A stretch of DNA of 60,474 bases, counting the filler, from Rhizaria sp. SCN 62-66 (lineage: Eukaryota), in NCBI GenBank assembly GCA_001724265.1. It is 8 parts of 8 records of this genome, joined end to end, with 100 filler letters (N's around TTAATTAATTAA, not from the genome) between each part and the next. Parts side by side here need not be neighbours in the genome. Positions count along the whole stretch, not along the records: positions 6,765 to 13,432 come from MEDY01000614.1; positions 13,533 to 20,136 come from MEDY01000615.1; positions 20,237 to 26,829 come from MEDY01000616.1; 5 more parts are not named here. One strand, written 5' to 3'. The notes below the pieces were generated by a model. That model had not been told where the DNA came from and did no database searches. It was given only the letters and a program-made list of their open reading frames with translations. Positions within the stretch are counted from its first letter, which is position 1. Each line of letters starts with the position of its first letter. Both the position numbers and the translations under genes were made by a program. Of the stretch, positions 11,392-23,200 are shown piece after piece.

Positions 11392-12667
11392 ATGTCTGGT
11401 GTGTGTTTCTCACCCTTTCCGCGCAACGAGCTTGAGATTGTCGGGTTTAACCTGCGCCAACAGCTCAAGCGCCGGCAGCAAGAGGTCGAGAAGCAAACGG
11501 ACGGCATAATTTCCGATGCCAAAACCGTTAACGGCAGCGAGCCGTTGACTCTCCAGGTACGCTCATTTTTTTTTTTTAACTTTAATCTCTAGTGGTTATC
11601 TTAACACCTTTTAGTTTTGATTGGAAGCTATATTAAACCTCTATAGCGTAACAAACGGCTTCGGCCTCTTGTTTCTCAGTCGCTCTAGTGTGTCGCAGCA
11701 TTCCCACATCAAACTGCGTCTGGTCACTGGCCGCCCTGTTTGCGGACCAGCGTCGCCCCGTCCTATGGGGCCCACCCGCGCACTTCGGTGCACGGATCCA
11801 CGGCTTCCAGGACGGTTCAGCTGGAGTTATTCTGGCTGAATGGTGCAATACGCGAATATTCCCCCCCTGAACACACACACTCTCTTTTTATCTCATGTGA
11901 CTGTGCAGTCAGGAGCACAATGTCGTCCTCTCGCCCTCCCGCTACCACCAACTCACGCCTCGTCTCCTCGCATTCTTTATTTCTCCCTTGCTTGCTTGTG
12001 AACTGAAGGATGCGCGGACTGTGCTCGAAGCGCGTCTCAAGCGGCCTGTCTCAGACAAAGAGGCCCGCACCTGCTATGAGGTATGTCTCTCTCGCTCTCC
12101 CTTTGCTCTTGGCGCATTTCTCTCTCTTTAACGACAATGATGATTACTCACTTTCTAGGACACCATTGTAGCCGGTCTGAACGCCGCGATGAAAAAAACT
12201 ATGTGTATTACCTACTGATAACGTTAAAACTCTACAATTCTCTCAAACACAGTATCTCTTGTCTCTCGCACACCAAGCTCACCTTCACTCCATTTCCATT
12301 CCAATGCTATTTCTCGCTGTCACAGCGCTGCCTGAAGGCTTTCGACCCCCTCGCACACGCCCGGCTCGTCTCTGAGCAGCGCGCGCGGCTGGATGCGGCG
12401 CTCGACGCGGCGCGCGAGACTCTGCGGCAGCAGATTGCCGACGCCGCCGCGCGCGGTGCGCGGCTCACGGTCACGCGCAACTACTGCGGGCAGCTACTAG
12501 AGCCGCACCTGGGCCGGTTCCCCGACGCACCCGAGGTGGAGGAGCTGTGGACGCTGCAGTACATGTTCCCGCTCGCGACGTGGGAGGAGGGCGGCGAGTA
12601 CTCGCGTGACGCCAGGGACGCCGCCGCCGCAAACGCTTTCGGGCAGAGCGGAAACGACTGTCTCTGA
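11392..12667 (+). CDS. Hypothetical helical protein of about 192 aa; exons 11392-11556, 12009-12080, 12326-12667
   Basis: Three GC-rich segments join in phase 0 through GTACGC..AAG and GTATGT..CAG introns. Stop is TGA. No family recognised. Confidence 0.65.
11622..11876 (+). ncRNA. Candidate structured intronic RNA, family unknown
   Basis: GC-rich island inside a 452-nt intron. It has a closing helix TGGAAGC/GCTTCCA, two cUUCGg tetraloop hairpins and several more stems. Confidence 0.5.
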
Positions 12668-13346
12668 GCTACGCAACAAACTTGATTCCATATTTTTTTT
12701 TATTTTTTTTCCTTCGAATACAACAACAATTTCTTCATTCTCAATTCTCCTGAGCTTGTGTCTCTCAGCTGTAATGTACGTGTTACAATACAACAGGTAT
12801 GACGATAGTGAATCGAAATTCCAGTTACTCATGATGAGCGGAAAACATAATGAACAATGTTTCAATGCAAATTGAACTTATCATTACTCGTGTTGTATGA
12901 ATATGTTTGTATTCATATCGATGCAGCAGGCGACTGTGGCTGATTGCAACAACTGGAAGTGGAAGTGTAGCAGTGTTGCGATCGTCAAAACTATCACTGA
13001 GAAGTGGGTGACAGTAACCTGATTGCAAACAACATTAAAGGAACAGAGCATTGTATCATAGCCGCAACGAAGCAAGTCGTACAGAGGAGGCGGGGCGTTA
13101 CTGAACGAATCAATATCAAGTTGCAGATGCAGTTACTGTCACAAGTTAAACGTCGAATGCAAACGAATAGAGCAGAACGGAGCAAAATCTGCGTCGATAG
13201 TAAACTGTGATTCAGGTGAGCTGTTGTAGACTAAACCTAGATGACTTAAAATGACTTGACGAGAAATGAGTTCAGTTAAACAGAACTTATGAGATCACAG
13301 AAGAGCTTAGACGAGAGTGAGCGTGCGCAGCAAGAAGCGTGGCAAC

Positions 13347-13432
13347 TTAGAAGCCGCCGAGCTGGCCCTGGGCCTGGAGCTGGGGCGCGACGGCAAACTG
13401 TCCCTTGCCCTTCATGCCGCCCTTGACACCGC
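13347..13432 (-). CDS. 3' end of a duplicated gene, copy B (inverted relative to 6765-6850)
   Basis: Exact reverse complement of copy A. Downstream similarity decays gradually. Confidence 0.65.
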
Positions 13433-13532
13433 NNNNNNNNNNNNNNNNNNNNNNNNNNNNNNNNNNNNNNNNNNNNTTAATTAATTAANNNNNNNNNNNN
13501 NNNNNNNNNNNNNNNNNNNNNNNNNNNNNNNN

Positions 13533-14012
13533 CTCGTTGTGGTCCATGATGCCCTTGGAGGTGGTCATGATGACGAGGCCGAACTGACGAGCGGGGAGGA
13601 GCTTGGTGGCCCACTCCTCGATCGACTCGAGAGGCATGTCGAAGCGGGGGGAGATGACACCGCACTTGTTGATGCGGCCGTTGAGGTTGACGACGATCTT
13701 GCCGGAGCGGCGGTCATCAACGATCTCGAAGTCGTCAATGTAGCCTGTAAACAAAACAAAACAAGAAAACAAACGCAAGAGCAAGTTAGTTACAGTTGCT
13801 AAAGGTCCAAGCCAAGTGACACACAGTCAACAGTATATGGAAGAAATAGCATTGAGTGGGGAAAGAACATGGAACGTACCGTGCTTCTGCATGCACTGGA
13901 GGTACTTGACGACGACCTTGGAGGAAGGGCGGACGATCACCTGGCGGCGGCCACGGCGCTCGGCGTTGGAGATGTTGACGAGGGTGTTGTTGAGGGTAGA
14001 GATCATAACCAT
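13533..14012 (-). CDS. RPS15A: 40S ribosomal protein S15a (uS8), truncated by the contig end; exons 14012-13880 and 13744-13533
   Basis: [65 protein letters not shown]...LLPARQFG...TTSKGIMDH. Intron GTACGT..ACAG. Confidence 0.97.
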
Positions 14013-14028
14013 CTTGACGAGAGTTTAA

Positions 14029-14518
14029 CTATAGAGCGTGATATAATCGAAACCAAGTCAATCAGGGGAAAGCATATGACGACGCACAACGAAACAACGG
14101 AAAAACCCAACGAAGAAACAGCGAGCCAAACAGCCGGAGCAACACGTTGCACGCAGAGAAGAAAAATGAACAGAACACGGACGAGAGGACAGAAACGATG
14201 AGAAAAAGGTTTGCATACATGAGTGTCGAGTCAAACAACGACATCTCCGTCATTTGCCCTTCAAAAGAGGGGCATCGGGAGCGCGTCTAATCGATTTCAT
14301 ATAGCGGCCACCCCTCAAGAGGATGACCAAGGGCGTATCGCGCCGCCGCCCCCAAAAGGGCAAGCAATCACGACAGCAGGAGGCAGAGCGATCATGGCTA
14401 GGCTTACGCCATCCATTGGTCGCTCTACTGAAAGACTACTTGCGGGCCACACCTTCCAACTCGCAGCGCAAACGCAGCGGGAAAGAAAGGTAGGCAGCGA
14501 ACTTGGGACTGAACTTAC
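14029..14518 (-). other. Probable 5'-UTR intron of RPS15A (490 nt) containing a structured segment
   Basis: GTAAGT donor at 14518, long pyrimidine tract, and a TAG acceptor ending at 14029, 16 nt before the ATG. Confidence 0.6.
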
Positions 14519-15874
14519 GCACTGTGCTCTCGAGCTCAATACACACGTCAGACCTCTGTAACAAAGGACATCAAATAAGGTGAATAATTGACTCCCCTCA
14601 TACAACGCCCAAGTTTAAGATCAACCGCAAACAGCCAGAGGCTAGTGTGTAATGGCCTAGACAATGTCGTGCTCGATCGTCAGACCGACTTGCCCGTGGG
14701 GGTTGTTCGTACTATGGCGGGGCGGGGAACACATCGTTGGTTCCGAAAAAATCCTCCGAATGTTCACTAATTTTGTTCTGACAGAGCATATAATCAACGT
14801 GTATTCAAGTTTGTGACGTGAGTTAAGATATGAATCGTTTCACAATTTTATATAACAACGTTTAGTTTTGTATGTGCCTTCGTATATCCTGTCATATTCG
14901 TCGCTTTAATAGTTTGACCCGATTTTGGAAATTTATTTCAGTGCATTGCGAAGGCAAAAGTCTCACACCGTGTAATAAATAATCAAGTTTGACAATCCCA
15001 TACAGCTACAGATGATAAGCCTTTGCAACTCTTCTCTGGAGAACGAGTTCACTTGTCCTGAGCTCACTAATTTTACCCTTGACATGATTCGCTATTCAAT
15101 GGCTGTGAATGCGGGAGCTTATACACACAGCAGCCATCTCACAATAATGTTAAATCTACACAAGCAAGTACGTGTACGCGTAAAGTGCACGCGTTTGCAG
15201 TGATTTGCGTAATATGTGAGGGTTTCTCATGAATCCTAAAGTGATTTGTGACGATTGTCGGACCTCAATCTGCTTGTACAAAGTGATAGTCATATGAAGA
15301 ATCACAGACACAAAACCTTGCTTGAATACTGCCCCGCTTCGATGCGTAACAAGCAAAGTCGTGCCGCCCGTGTTGAAGTGTGTTAGCATCATGAACAACA
15401 CCGTTTTATGGGTTCGAGCAGTGTCGTCACCACGCTTCGTCATCGCTTCCTACCAAGTAGGTAGACACACTATTAACGAGCGACAATGCACTTGAGATTT
15501 AGCATACATATTTAAAATCGACGATGACATATCATATTAGCGATTCGGCATCCGAAACGTAGCTTTCATCGTAATATGTTATCCGGAGCAAACCTTCTGT
15601 TTCCACCTCAAGTCGGTATCTCGGTCTTCCTATCGAGGGCAACATCAAGGTGAGTTAAGAAATTGCGCTAAGTGATGGTTCCGATCGACAGTTGCCGATT
15701 CTTCATGAAGTTCAGGTTGAATTATGTTGTTTCAACAATTCTCACTTAATTATCCCTTCACAGGTCGCTTCCTGGTACACCTACACCCATCATTAGAATC
15801 CCTCCATAGCTCACTTTCTCTGCTTGCTTCGTCACCCTTCGCTCACCTTCACATCACGATATATTCCTAGAGTG

Positions 15875-17469
15875 ATGGCTGCACCGCGCGGCACAGGACG
15901 CCTTGCGTTTGCGCTGGTTGCCCTTCTTGTGTCCTGCTTTGTCGCGGCCGCCGCAGCCGCAGCAGGCACTGCTCCCGCCGCTGGTGGCCACAACGAGACT
16001 GCCGACCTTCTTGAGCTCAGTACGTCTTTTCATCCATGTATCCTCCAAAATCTCACCATATCCTAGAAAAGTTAAGGTATAACGCACTTAAGTTTATTCA
16101 TAACCAATTCAACTTTGTTTTTATCTCCTGGACGAATTTATCTTTCGTTATCGCAGACCCGTGGTACGCGTACCGGAGCACGGCGGCCTTCTCCTTTCAC
16201 CTGGGCTACGAGGTCTCCGTCATGGTGACCTCGGACGGCAAGTACTTCTACGGCCGCGGCTGCTGCTACGGCGTCGAGTACGAGCTCCAGGTCTGGGGCA
16301 CTGGCCGCCACGGCACCGTCCTGGGCAAGCTCTACGGCACCGTGAACGCGCCGCCCATCGGGCTCGACAATGGCAAGGAGTCCGCACTGCTGTACCTCCC
16401 AAAGCGGAACAAGCTCGTTTACTGGAAGTGGAACTACCCCGAGTTCTACGTGGCCTCCGCGCGGCCGCGGCGCATCCGCGACGACGGCCGCCGCACGCTG
16501 CAGTGGGTCCCCTATAACAGCTACTCGTACGGGCTGCCGCTGGCTGACGGCGCGGCGTCTCTGTCAAACGACGAGGCGGACCTCCTCGTGTTCGACTACG
16601 CCACGCTCAAGCTGCACCGCGTTGACGGCGGCACGTTCCGCATCACGCAGACGACGCAGTTTGCGTCGTCGACGCACATCCTGCCGCCGTCGCCCAACGA
16701 GGACCTGCACACGTTCGCCTTTGACGGCCAGCACTACCTGTTCGGGGCCTTCCACTCGGGCCACTGCTACGGCATCTACTCGCTCGCGGGCGAGAACCTC
16801 GGCTCGCAGTGCGACAAGCTCGGCGGCTCCATGCTCTACTACAACTGGGCGCTGCACATGTTCGAGGCGTGCGGGACTGATTCGAGCGCGCCGCCGTCGT
16901 TCGAGACGTTCAACAACGACGCCGGCAACGGCGCGCACTGCACCTTTTGGACGACGCCGCGCACAAACAGTGCCGCCGCGGGGCTGCTGCCCGACTCGAG
17001 CCACCACAATGATCACAGCCAGCAGAACAACGGCGATAGTAACCGTAATAGCTACGGTGACGAGAGCGGCTATAACGCCGGGGACAATGGCGGCAACGGC
17101 TACGGTCAGGACAGCGACGGCGGCGACGCCAGTGGCAACAGCAACTTCGAGGGCCCGGTCTCGTGCGGCGCCGGCTACCCCAGCATCGCGGGCCGCTACA
17201 GTGACGACAACGGCAACGTGTGGACCATCGAGCAGGACCTGTGCGTGTTCTCGCTCGCGTACGACTACGTCGCCGGCCGCTCGCACCTCCGGCGCCTCCC
17301 CACGGGCACCGCGGGGACCGGTGGGAACGCGTGGGGCGCGGAGCAGGTGTACCTGGAGGTGGGGTCGAAGCAGGACCCCGCGTACCCAGGCTTCACCACA
17401 AGTCTGGCCGTCGTCGACGCGCACACAGTCAAGATGGGCGAGGACATCGTGCTCAGGCGCGTCGGTTGA
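15875..17469 (+). CDS. Secreted protein with a beta-rich (propeller-like) domain, an Asn/Gly/Asp linker and a small C-terminal domain; exons 15875-16019 and 16157-17469
   Basis: Signal peptide (RLAFALVALLVSCFVAAAAA). The phase-1 intron GTACGT..GCAG joins it to the 477-aa ORF. Strong codon bias. Stop is TGA. Confidence 0.8.
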
Positions 17470-17954
17470 GCCCGCGGACTCGTACGTGAGTTAACAGAGA
17501 GCTGTGCCGACAGTGCCGACCGGCTTGGAGTCTGGAGTGCGACAGCTTGCTGTGCCATGCTAGTGATGTGGTGATAGCACGTTTGGATCGATATATGGCC
17601 AGAACGAACTACCTTAAAGCAATAAACAATATATTCGAATTTACCACACCGATGAAACAATATGCTACGGCGTTATCGTTTTTGATTACTTTTTAATGCG
17701 TTGCACAATGTTTTATGATGAGGTTGGTGTTTGTGGCTGGATCGAGAGACAGCACCAGAGCCGTTTTTAGTTCAGACGAGAGTTGAAAAAAACCGTTGTC
17801 TGTTCACGCTGCTGATATCGGCAAAATGAATTGTGCGCGCGTATTTGATAAGTAACAATACCATATTAGTCATCCAATTTATTGAGACTTTTTCACTATG
17901 CCTCATCGTGCCGCTATTGACTCCCCGGATTCGCTTGTTTGCTCTGGCATGTAG

Positions 17955-18580
17955 ATGTCGTCCGTCGTCGCCGCTCCCCCGCCCGGCGCTCCCCAGGCCG
18001 GAGGCCCCCGCCGCCGCGGCCTTGCCGCTAAGGCCGCCCGCGAGGAAGAGTTTCTCTCCCAGTTCAACGTCATGAAGTGCGACATGCCTGACGAGGTACG
18101 TTGCCTTACACCACAGTCGAGCTCTTCTCACTGCCATCATCCAACGTGCTCACATTGTTATTTTAAACGACCTCTTGCCTTGATATGTCCCCTTTGCGCC
18201 TTGTTGCAGATGAAGCAGAAGGCACTGGACGCCACGAAGGAGGCCATGGATAACAAGACAACCGAGAAGGACATCGCCGCCTTCATCAAGCAGACGTTCG
18301 ACAAACTTGACGAGGGCGAGTCCACCTGGCACTGCATCGTTGGTACGCTTAATCTCACTCTCCGAACACCAAACTCACTATCACTATATTTTACTTTTAT
18401 CACCACGTAATATTCGAATGGGGACTTCATATGTTTCAACTTTACTCACTATCCGTCATCTCCTCTCCTTTGCTGATCGCAGGCAAGCACTTCGCTGTGT
18501 CCATCACTCACGCGGCCAAGTACCTCATCTTCTTCACTTGCCGCTCAGTCACCGTGCTTCTCTTCAAGTCTGAGGATTAA
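17955..18580 (+). CDS. Dynein light chain, LC8/DLC1 family; exons 17955-18095, 18210-18342, 18483-18580
   Basis: KCDMPDEMKQKALD...EKDIAAFIKQTFDK...TWHCIVGKHFAVSITHAAKYLIFF...VLLFKS. Stop is TAA. Confidence 0.93.
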
Positions 18581-19822
18581 GCACGTCGCTAGCACCTTCA
18601 GCAGGCGCGAGACTGGAAGCAGAATGACGAAAAACGCTAGCAGAGTCAATGCTCGAGGTTCACGTTTTGAGTTATCACTGTTCGTTGTCTGTCGCTCGCA
18701 CTAGGTCAGTACGTACGCGTTGTTAGGTATATGATCGTGTATATCAAGACTTCATTTTATGTGAAGTAACCCCGTTATTCAGCAATTTGTTTGGTTAGAG
18801 GAAGAAAACAAAGCTTATTTGTGTATGGAAAAAAGGGAAGACGGGCTGTGGTTGGCCCGCTTACGTTTGCAGAACGTTAGCCTCAGCAATAAAGCAAAAT
18901 ACGTTAAAACAAACGAAAAGATAAAGTGCATCAGACAAGCTCCAAGGCCAGACTTTGCTTGAGCTTGAAGGAACCCGTTAAAGTGACCAAGGTGGTCCTT
19001 AAAGGTGCGGGATTTGCGGCAGGTTGGAGCCGAGCCACCCTGGAAGAGAGCATTTGAGAGTCCTAAAAGGGGCAAAAGCGTGCAGAAAAGAGAAAATAAG
19101 GTGAGAGAAGGTCTTGCAGAAGAGAGACACAACCAATAAAATGATTGAATTGCTGAAAATCAGTACACACCGCTCCGAAGGAGCCTTCATTTCGAAGATC
19201 AGAAGTGGTTGTAACTCCACTTGTTAGTTTGTCATCCTCATCAGCTATAGAACGCGTCAATTCGAAGCAAGATAAATAAGAACGTACCATTGAGAACTTT
19301 TCAAACACTGTCAACAAAGACTCATCGCTGCTAGTAGCACAGAAGTTGCAAACAACGTTTGATAACTTCCCCCACGCAACCGCGCAACCTGACTTCGAGC
19401 CAGCCGTCGGTTTGCTCACGGTCACTCGTCTGAGGGGCAAGGCAGCAGCTGGCAGGCCAAAGGAGAGAGGAGGCTTTGGGAAAAGCCATTTAGATGCGCT
19501 GCCGTGTACATGGATCTGTTGTCGAGAGTGGTTGTGTGATTTAAGAGAACGTTTTTAATTTGATTATCGATTTGATTGCTGCTGTCGAGTGGTCTCTGGA
19601 CTACATTGCATGTTCCAAGCTGGGGCAAGGAGGGCCGAGCTCTCTGTCCTATCGTCAACCTCTTTCGCGGTCCATGCAGCCCTTGAGAGCCCACACAAGA
19701 CGATACCAATGCATTTTATATTTTTATGCATCAGTTTTCTTTTTACTATCATCCCTCACTGTCACTATCACTTGCTTCTTTCCCGTCTTTTTCGCTTCCC
19801 GATTGACCATCAACTCAGTGTG

Positions 19823-20136
19823 ATGAAGCTTACGTTCCTGTTCGCTGTCATTATGGCCTGTGTGGCTCTGGCCCTGGCTCAGGCTCCTTCGTTCATCGAG
19901 GCGCAGCTCGCTGACGTCCCCGTCGGTGCCCCCGTGCAGGTCGCGACCATCGGCACCCCTTCCAACGCTCCCCTGAACGAGGACGAGAAGCTCGACGCTG
20001 CCCTGCAGGCGCTTGGCGAGGACATCATCGCCAAGTCCAAGCAGATCAAGAACGAGGAGACCTGGGTCGGTGAGGTCAAGAAGATCATCAAGCTCTACGG
20101 CTCCAAGCTCAAGCGCGTTGTGACCAACGTCAAGAC
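19823..20136 (+). CDS. Secreted coiled-coil protein, 5' part only
   Basis: Signal peptide MKLTFLFAVIMACVALALA, then APSFIE and a Lys/Glu heptad-like helix. Very strong codon bias. Cut by the contig end. Confidence 0.8.
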
Positions 20137-20236
20137 NNNNNNNNNNNNNNNNNNNNNNNNNNNNNNNNNNNNNNNNNNNNTTAATTAATTAANNNNNNNN
20201 NNNNNNNNNNNNNNNNNNNNNNNNNNNNNNNNNNNN

Positions 20237-23200
20237 ACCAGCACGGCCGCCATTACGTCCTACACGGCTGGCACCGGACTCACCAAGGTCACGTGCACGG
20301 TCAGCCGCAGCAGCGCGACTGTGGCCTCTGTGAGTGGCTGCGGCGCTGTGAGTGCCTCGTCAGCAAACTATTACGGACCGCGTGTGTTTCGTTTTGGCCC
20401 TGTCACCACGACGTATGCCGACTATTTATCAATGTTTAAGAGTTACAGCACAGCGCAAGGTGCTTTGGGCACAATCTCTGGGGTAAACGTGCCACAGCAA
20501 AACACAGATCAGTCCGACGACACCATCTCGGCCGCGAACTCCAAACCAAGCGCGGTGGTTGGTCTTTATTCGACGCTTGTTACAAGTGCAACGGTGACTG
20601 ACGCCACAACGCTTACGCCCACAGTCACGGGTACTACGAGGCAGGAGTACCTCGTGCGCGTATTCTTCTTTAAGCGTTTGTCGGCCACATTGACAACTGT
20701 GACATACAGCTATACGGGTGCGTCAGGCATGCTCACAAGCTCGTCAACGTCTGTTGGCTCATGCTCTAACTATGCTCAAGGCAGTATCAAATGCATTTCG
20801 TCGCTTTCACCGGCAATGTTCTTTTCGTTCTACACGGGAGCATACGCGGTTGCGTACGAAAAGACTTTCTTTGCGGCCGGCGAATTCACTTTTTCCATCG
20901 CCACTACTTATTCAACTGCCGGAGCTGACACAACAAGTATCTCTGCTTTTGTTGGCTCATCACTTGACGCGCCCATTACGTTCAACCCGCCATTTGAGTT
21001 CACGACTGTACTGACAGAGATCTCCTGGGCGAGTACGGATTTGACTGCCAAGATCCACTTGTACTTGTTCCCGCATACGAGCGAGCTCAGCGCGCACAAC
21101 GTGCTGCTGCAGAACAACTGTGGTGTTTTCAGCACAGGCAAGCCAGTTGCGCTTATCAATAGTCTGGCAACAGGCGCGTGTGTCTCTCGTTACAGCAGTG
21201 GCTTTGATCAGATGTCGATGCCCGCGACATGCATGCCCGCGCAGCCAAAGTTTATCGGCTTCCAGATTGAAGCGGCGTACTTTCTAAAGGCTGTGCATAA
21301 AACTGCGTATGCTGCGACGGGGCTAATTCCCGCTTCGTGCTTCACGCTTGTGGATCCAATCACCTTGGTTTCTGTAACAGCACTTCACAATGCTGCAATC
21401 GGGGCTGTGCCACCGCCTAACGCGTTCATGTACGACGTATTACTTGCGCGCAGCTCGATTTCCTCCCAACAGCGTGCGCGTGTTGACATCCGCACGGTGC
21501 TTATGGTGCCTATTACCGCGACGTCAGTCAATGTTGTTGTCGCTGTTTCAAACTCAACAATCAATAACTGCCCCGTTGGACTTACAATTACATCGTCCGC
21601 CGCGTTCTACGCTCTTGGCTCTAGTTGTACACGCACATCGGCTGCTGCCAGTGAGCTTATTGCCACCTGCACCGGCGGCCCCTGGGGCAACAAACACGTC
21701 TTTGCGTTTGCCTTTGAGCATCTCATCTTCCCAACGAGCACTAACAATGTTGACAAAACGCCATACTTAGGTCCAGGCTGTATTACTGTGAAGATGGCGT
21801 ATGATTTAGTCACGCTGACCGGCACTCCTATGATGCCAGTATGGTCGCGCCCGCTTTTGACTGCTGAGCTTGACCGCACACTGAGCACAGATCCGACTCA
21901 GGGCGCAACTTACCATCTCAGTGTTGACCTGGGTGATGAAAACTTTGTGTCCACTACCAATGACTTTTCTTTCTTTGTTCTCCTACGCGGCTTTAGTGGC
22001 CTTGCTTTCTACACTCAAACTGGCTTTACGACTACAAATAAGATTACCTGGAAAGTGGCTTCGCCAGTATCTGATGCTGTTGAATTTGGTCCAAACACGC
22101 CTACATCCGCCACAGGTGTGTGTTTGCCGACCTCGCCGTGCACCGTGCGCATTCCTGTCACAGCCAACTTTGCTGGCACAGTTCCTCTGTTTACGTCTGT
22201 GAGCGTGTATGTTAAGGAGACCTCCACGGGCCTGACGCGGCCCTACGCCACGGCCCCTGTGCGCATGCCTGCCGGTGTTATTCGGCAACAACTCTCGCCT
22301 CCAGCAATGCCCTTCACCGCAACAGCGTTTAAAGTCACTGCGACTGCTGCATCACCTTTAACGCGTACATTCTCAATCACCCTTGTTGACACTACTGCGA
22401 TTAATGTCGCTGTTGTCCAGTACTGGGTGGTGCAGCTGCCACTAACTGGCTTCACTTACAGCGGTTCAACGTACACGCTTAAAATTGGCACTGGCTCCAC
22501 GTCTTCTGCAGTGTCAGTGTCGACTAGTGGACAGGTTACGATTCCGTACATCAGCTCCATGATTGGCATTGACGTTTTGATTACCGTGAGCAGCGTGACT
22601 CTGACACTCGTCGAGACTCCAGAGGTTGTTACGATTGCATTAGAGCATTACTTGATGCGTAATACGCTTACGGCTAACTCCACGCAACTGAACCGTGCTG
22701 TGACTCTTGGCTATAGCGCACTTCAACAAGATACGCGCTCCACGTACACAGTTTTGACCAACACCTTCAGTGCCGGGACGAAGCCTGTATACGCGACCGC
22801 GGACTGCGCCATGGTTCTTGGACAGGCGCGCTACCAGATGAAGTGCACTGTGGCGTGGGCCGGACTGGTCGACATCACGCCCAGCATGACCCTCGCACTC
22901 GTGACACGTGCCGCCTCACCGCACACCACGCCCAGCGACGTGCGGCTCGAGAGTACGAGGCGCATTAGTCCAACGCCTATGTCCTCGGCGTGCACGCCAG
23001 CGACAGTAGGCGCTGCAATTGCGCTGAGCAGCTGTCTTGCCAACGGGTACTCCGCGCTCACTCTCGAAGTGCTCGTTTCGGCGACAAGCTTCCTCGTCGA
23101 ACAACAGCTTGAAATCGAACTGCGCTCTGGCATCGCACGCCGCGCTGTTGCACAGATGCGCCCACCGTTGGGTGTGATTGCGCTGACAGGAGTGGATCCT

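Noticed and set aside
6765-13432. Terminal inverted repeats of a DNA transposon or linear element
   Set aside because: The repeats read as coding 3' ends with decaying UTRs, the cargo is a housekeeping MYST gene, and no transposase is present.
16370-17494. Long overlapping and antisense ORFs here and throughout the GC-rich genes
   Set aside because: Shadow ORFs expected from high GC and codon bias. They are Arg/Pro-rich with no motifs.
18930-19440. Minus-strand ORF extendable through TAG at 19063
   Set aside because: No codon bias or recognisable motif, so it cannot count as evidence either way.
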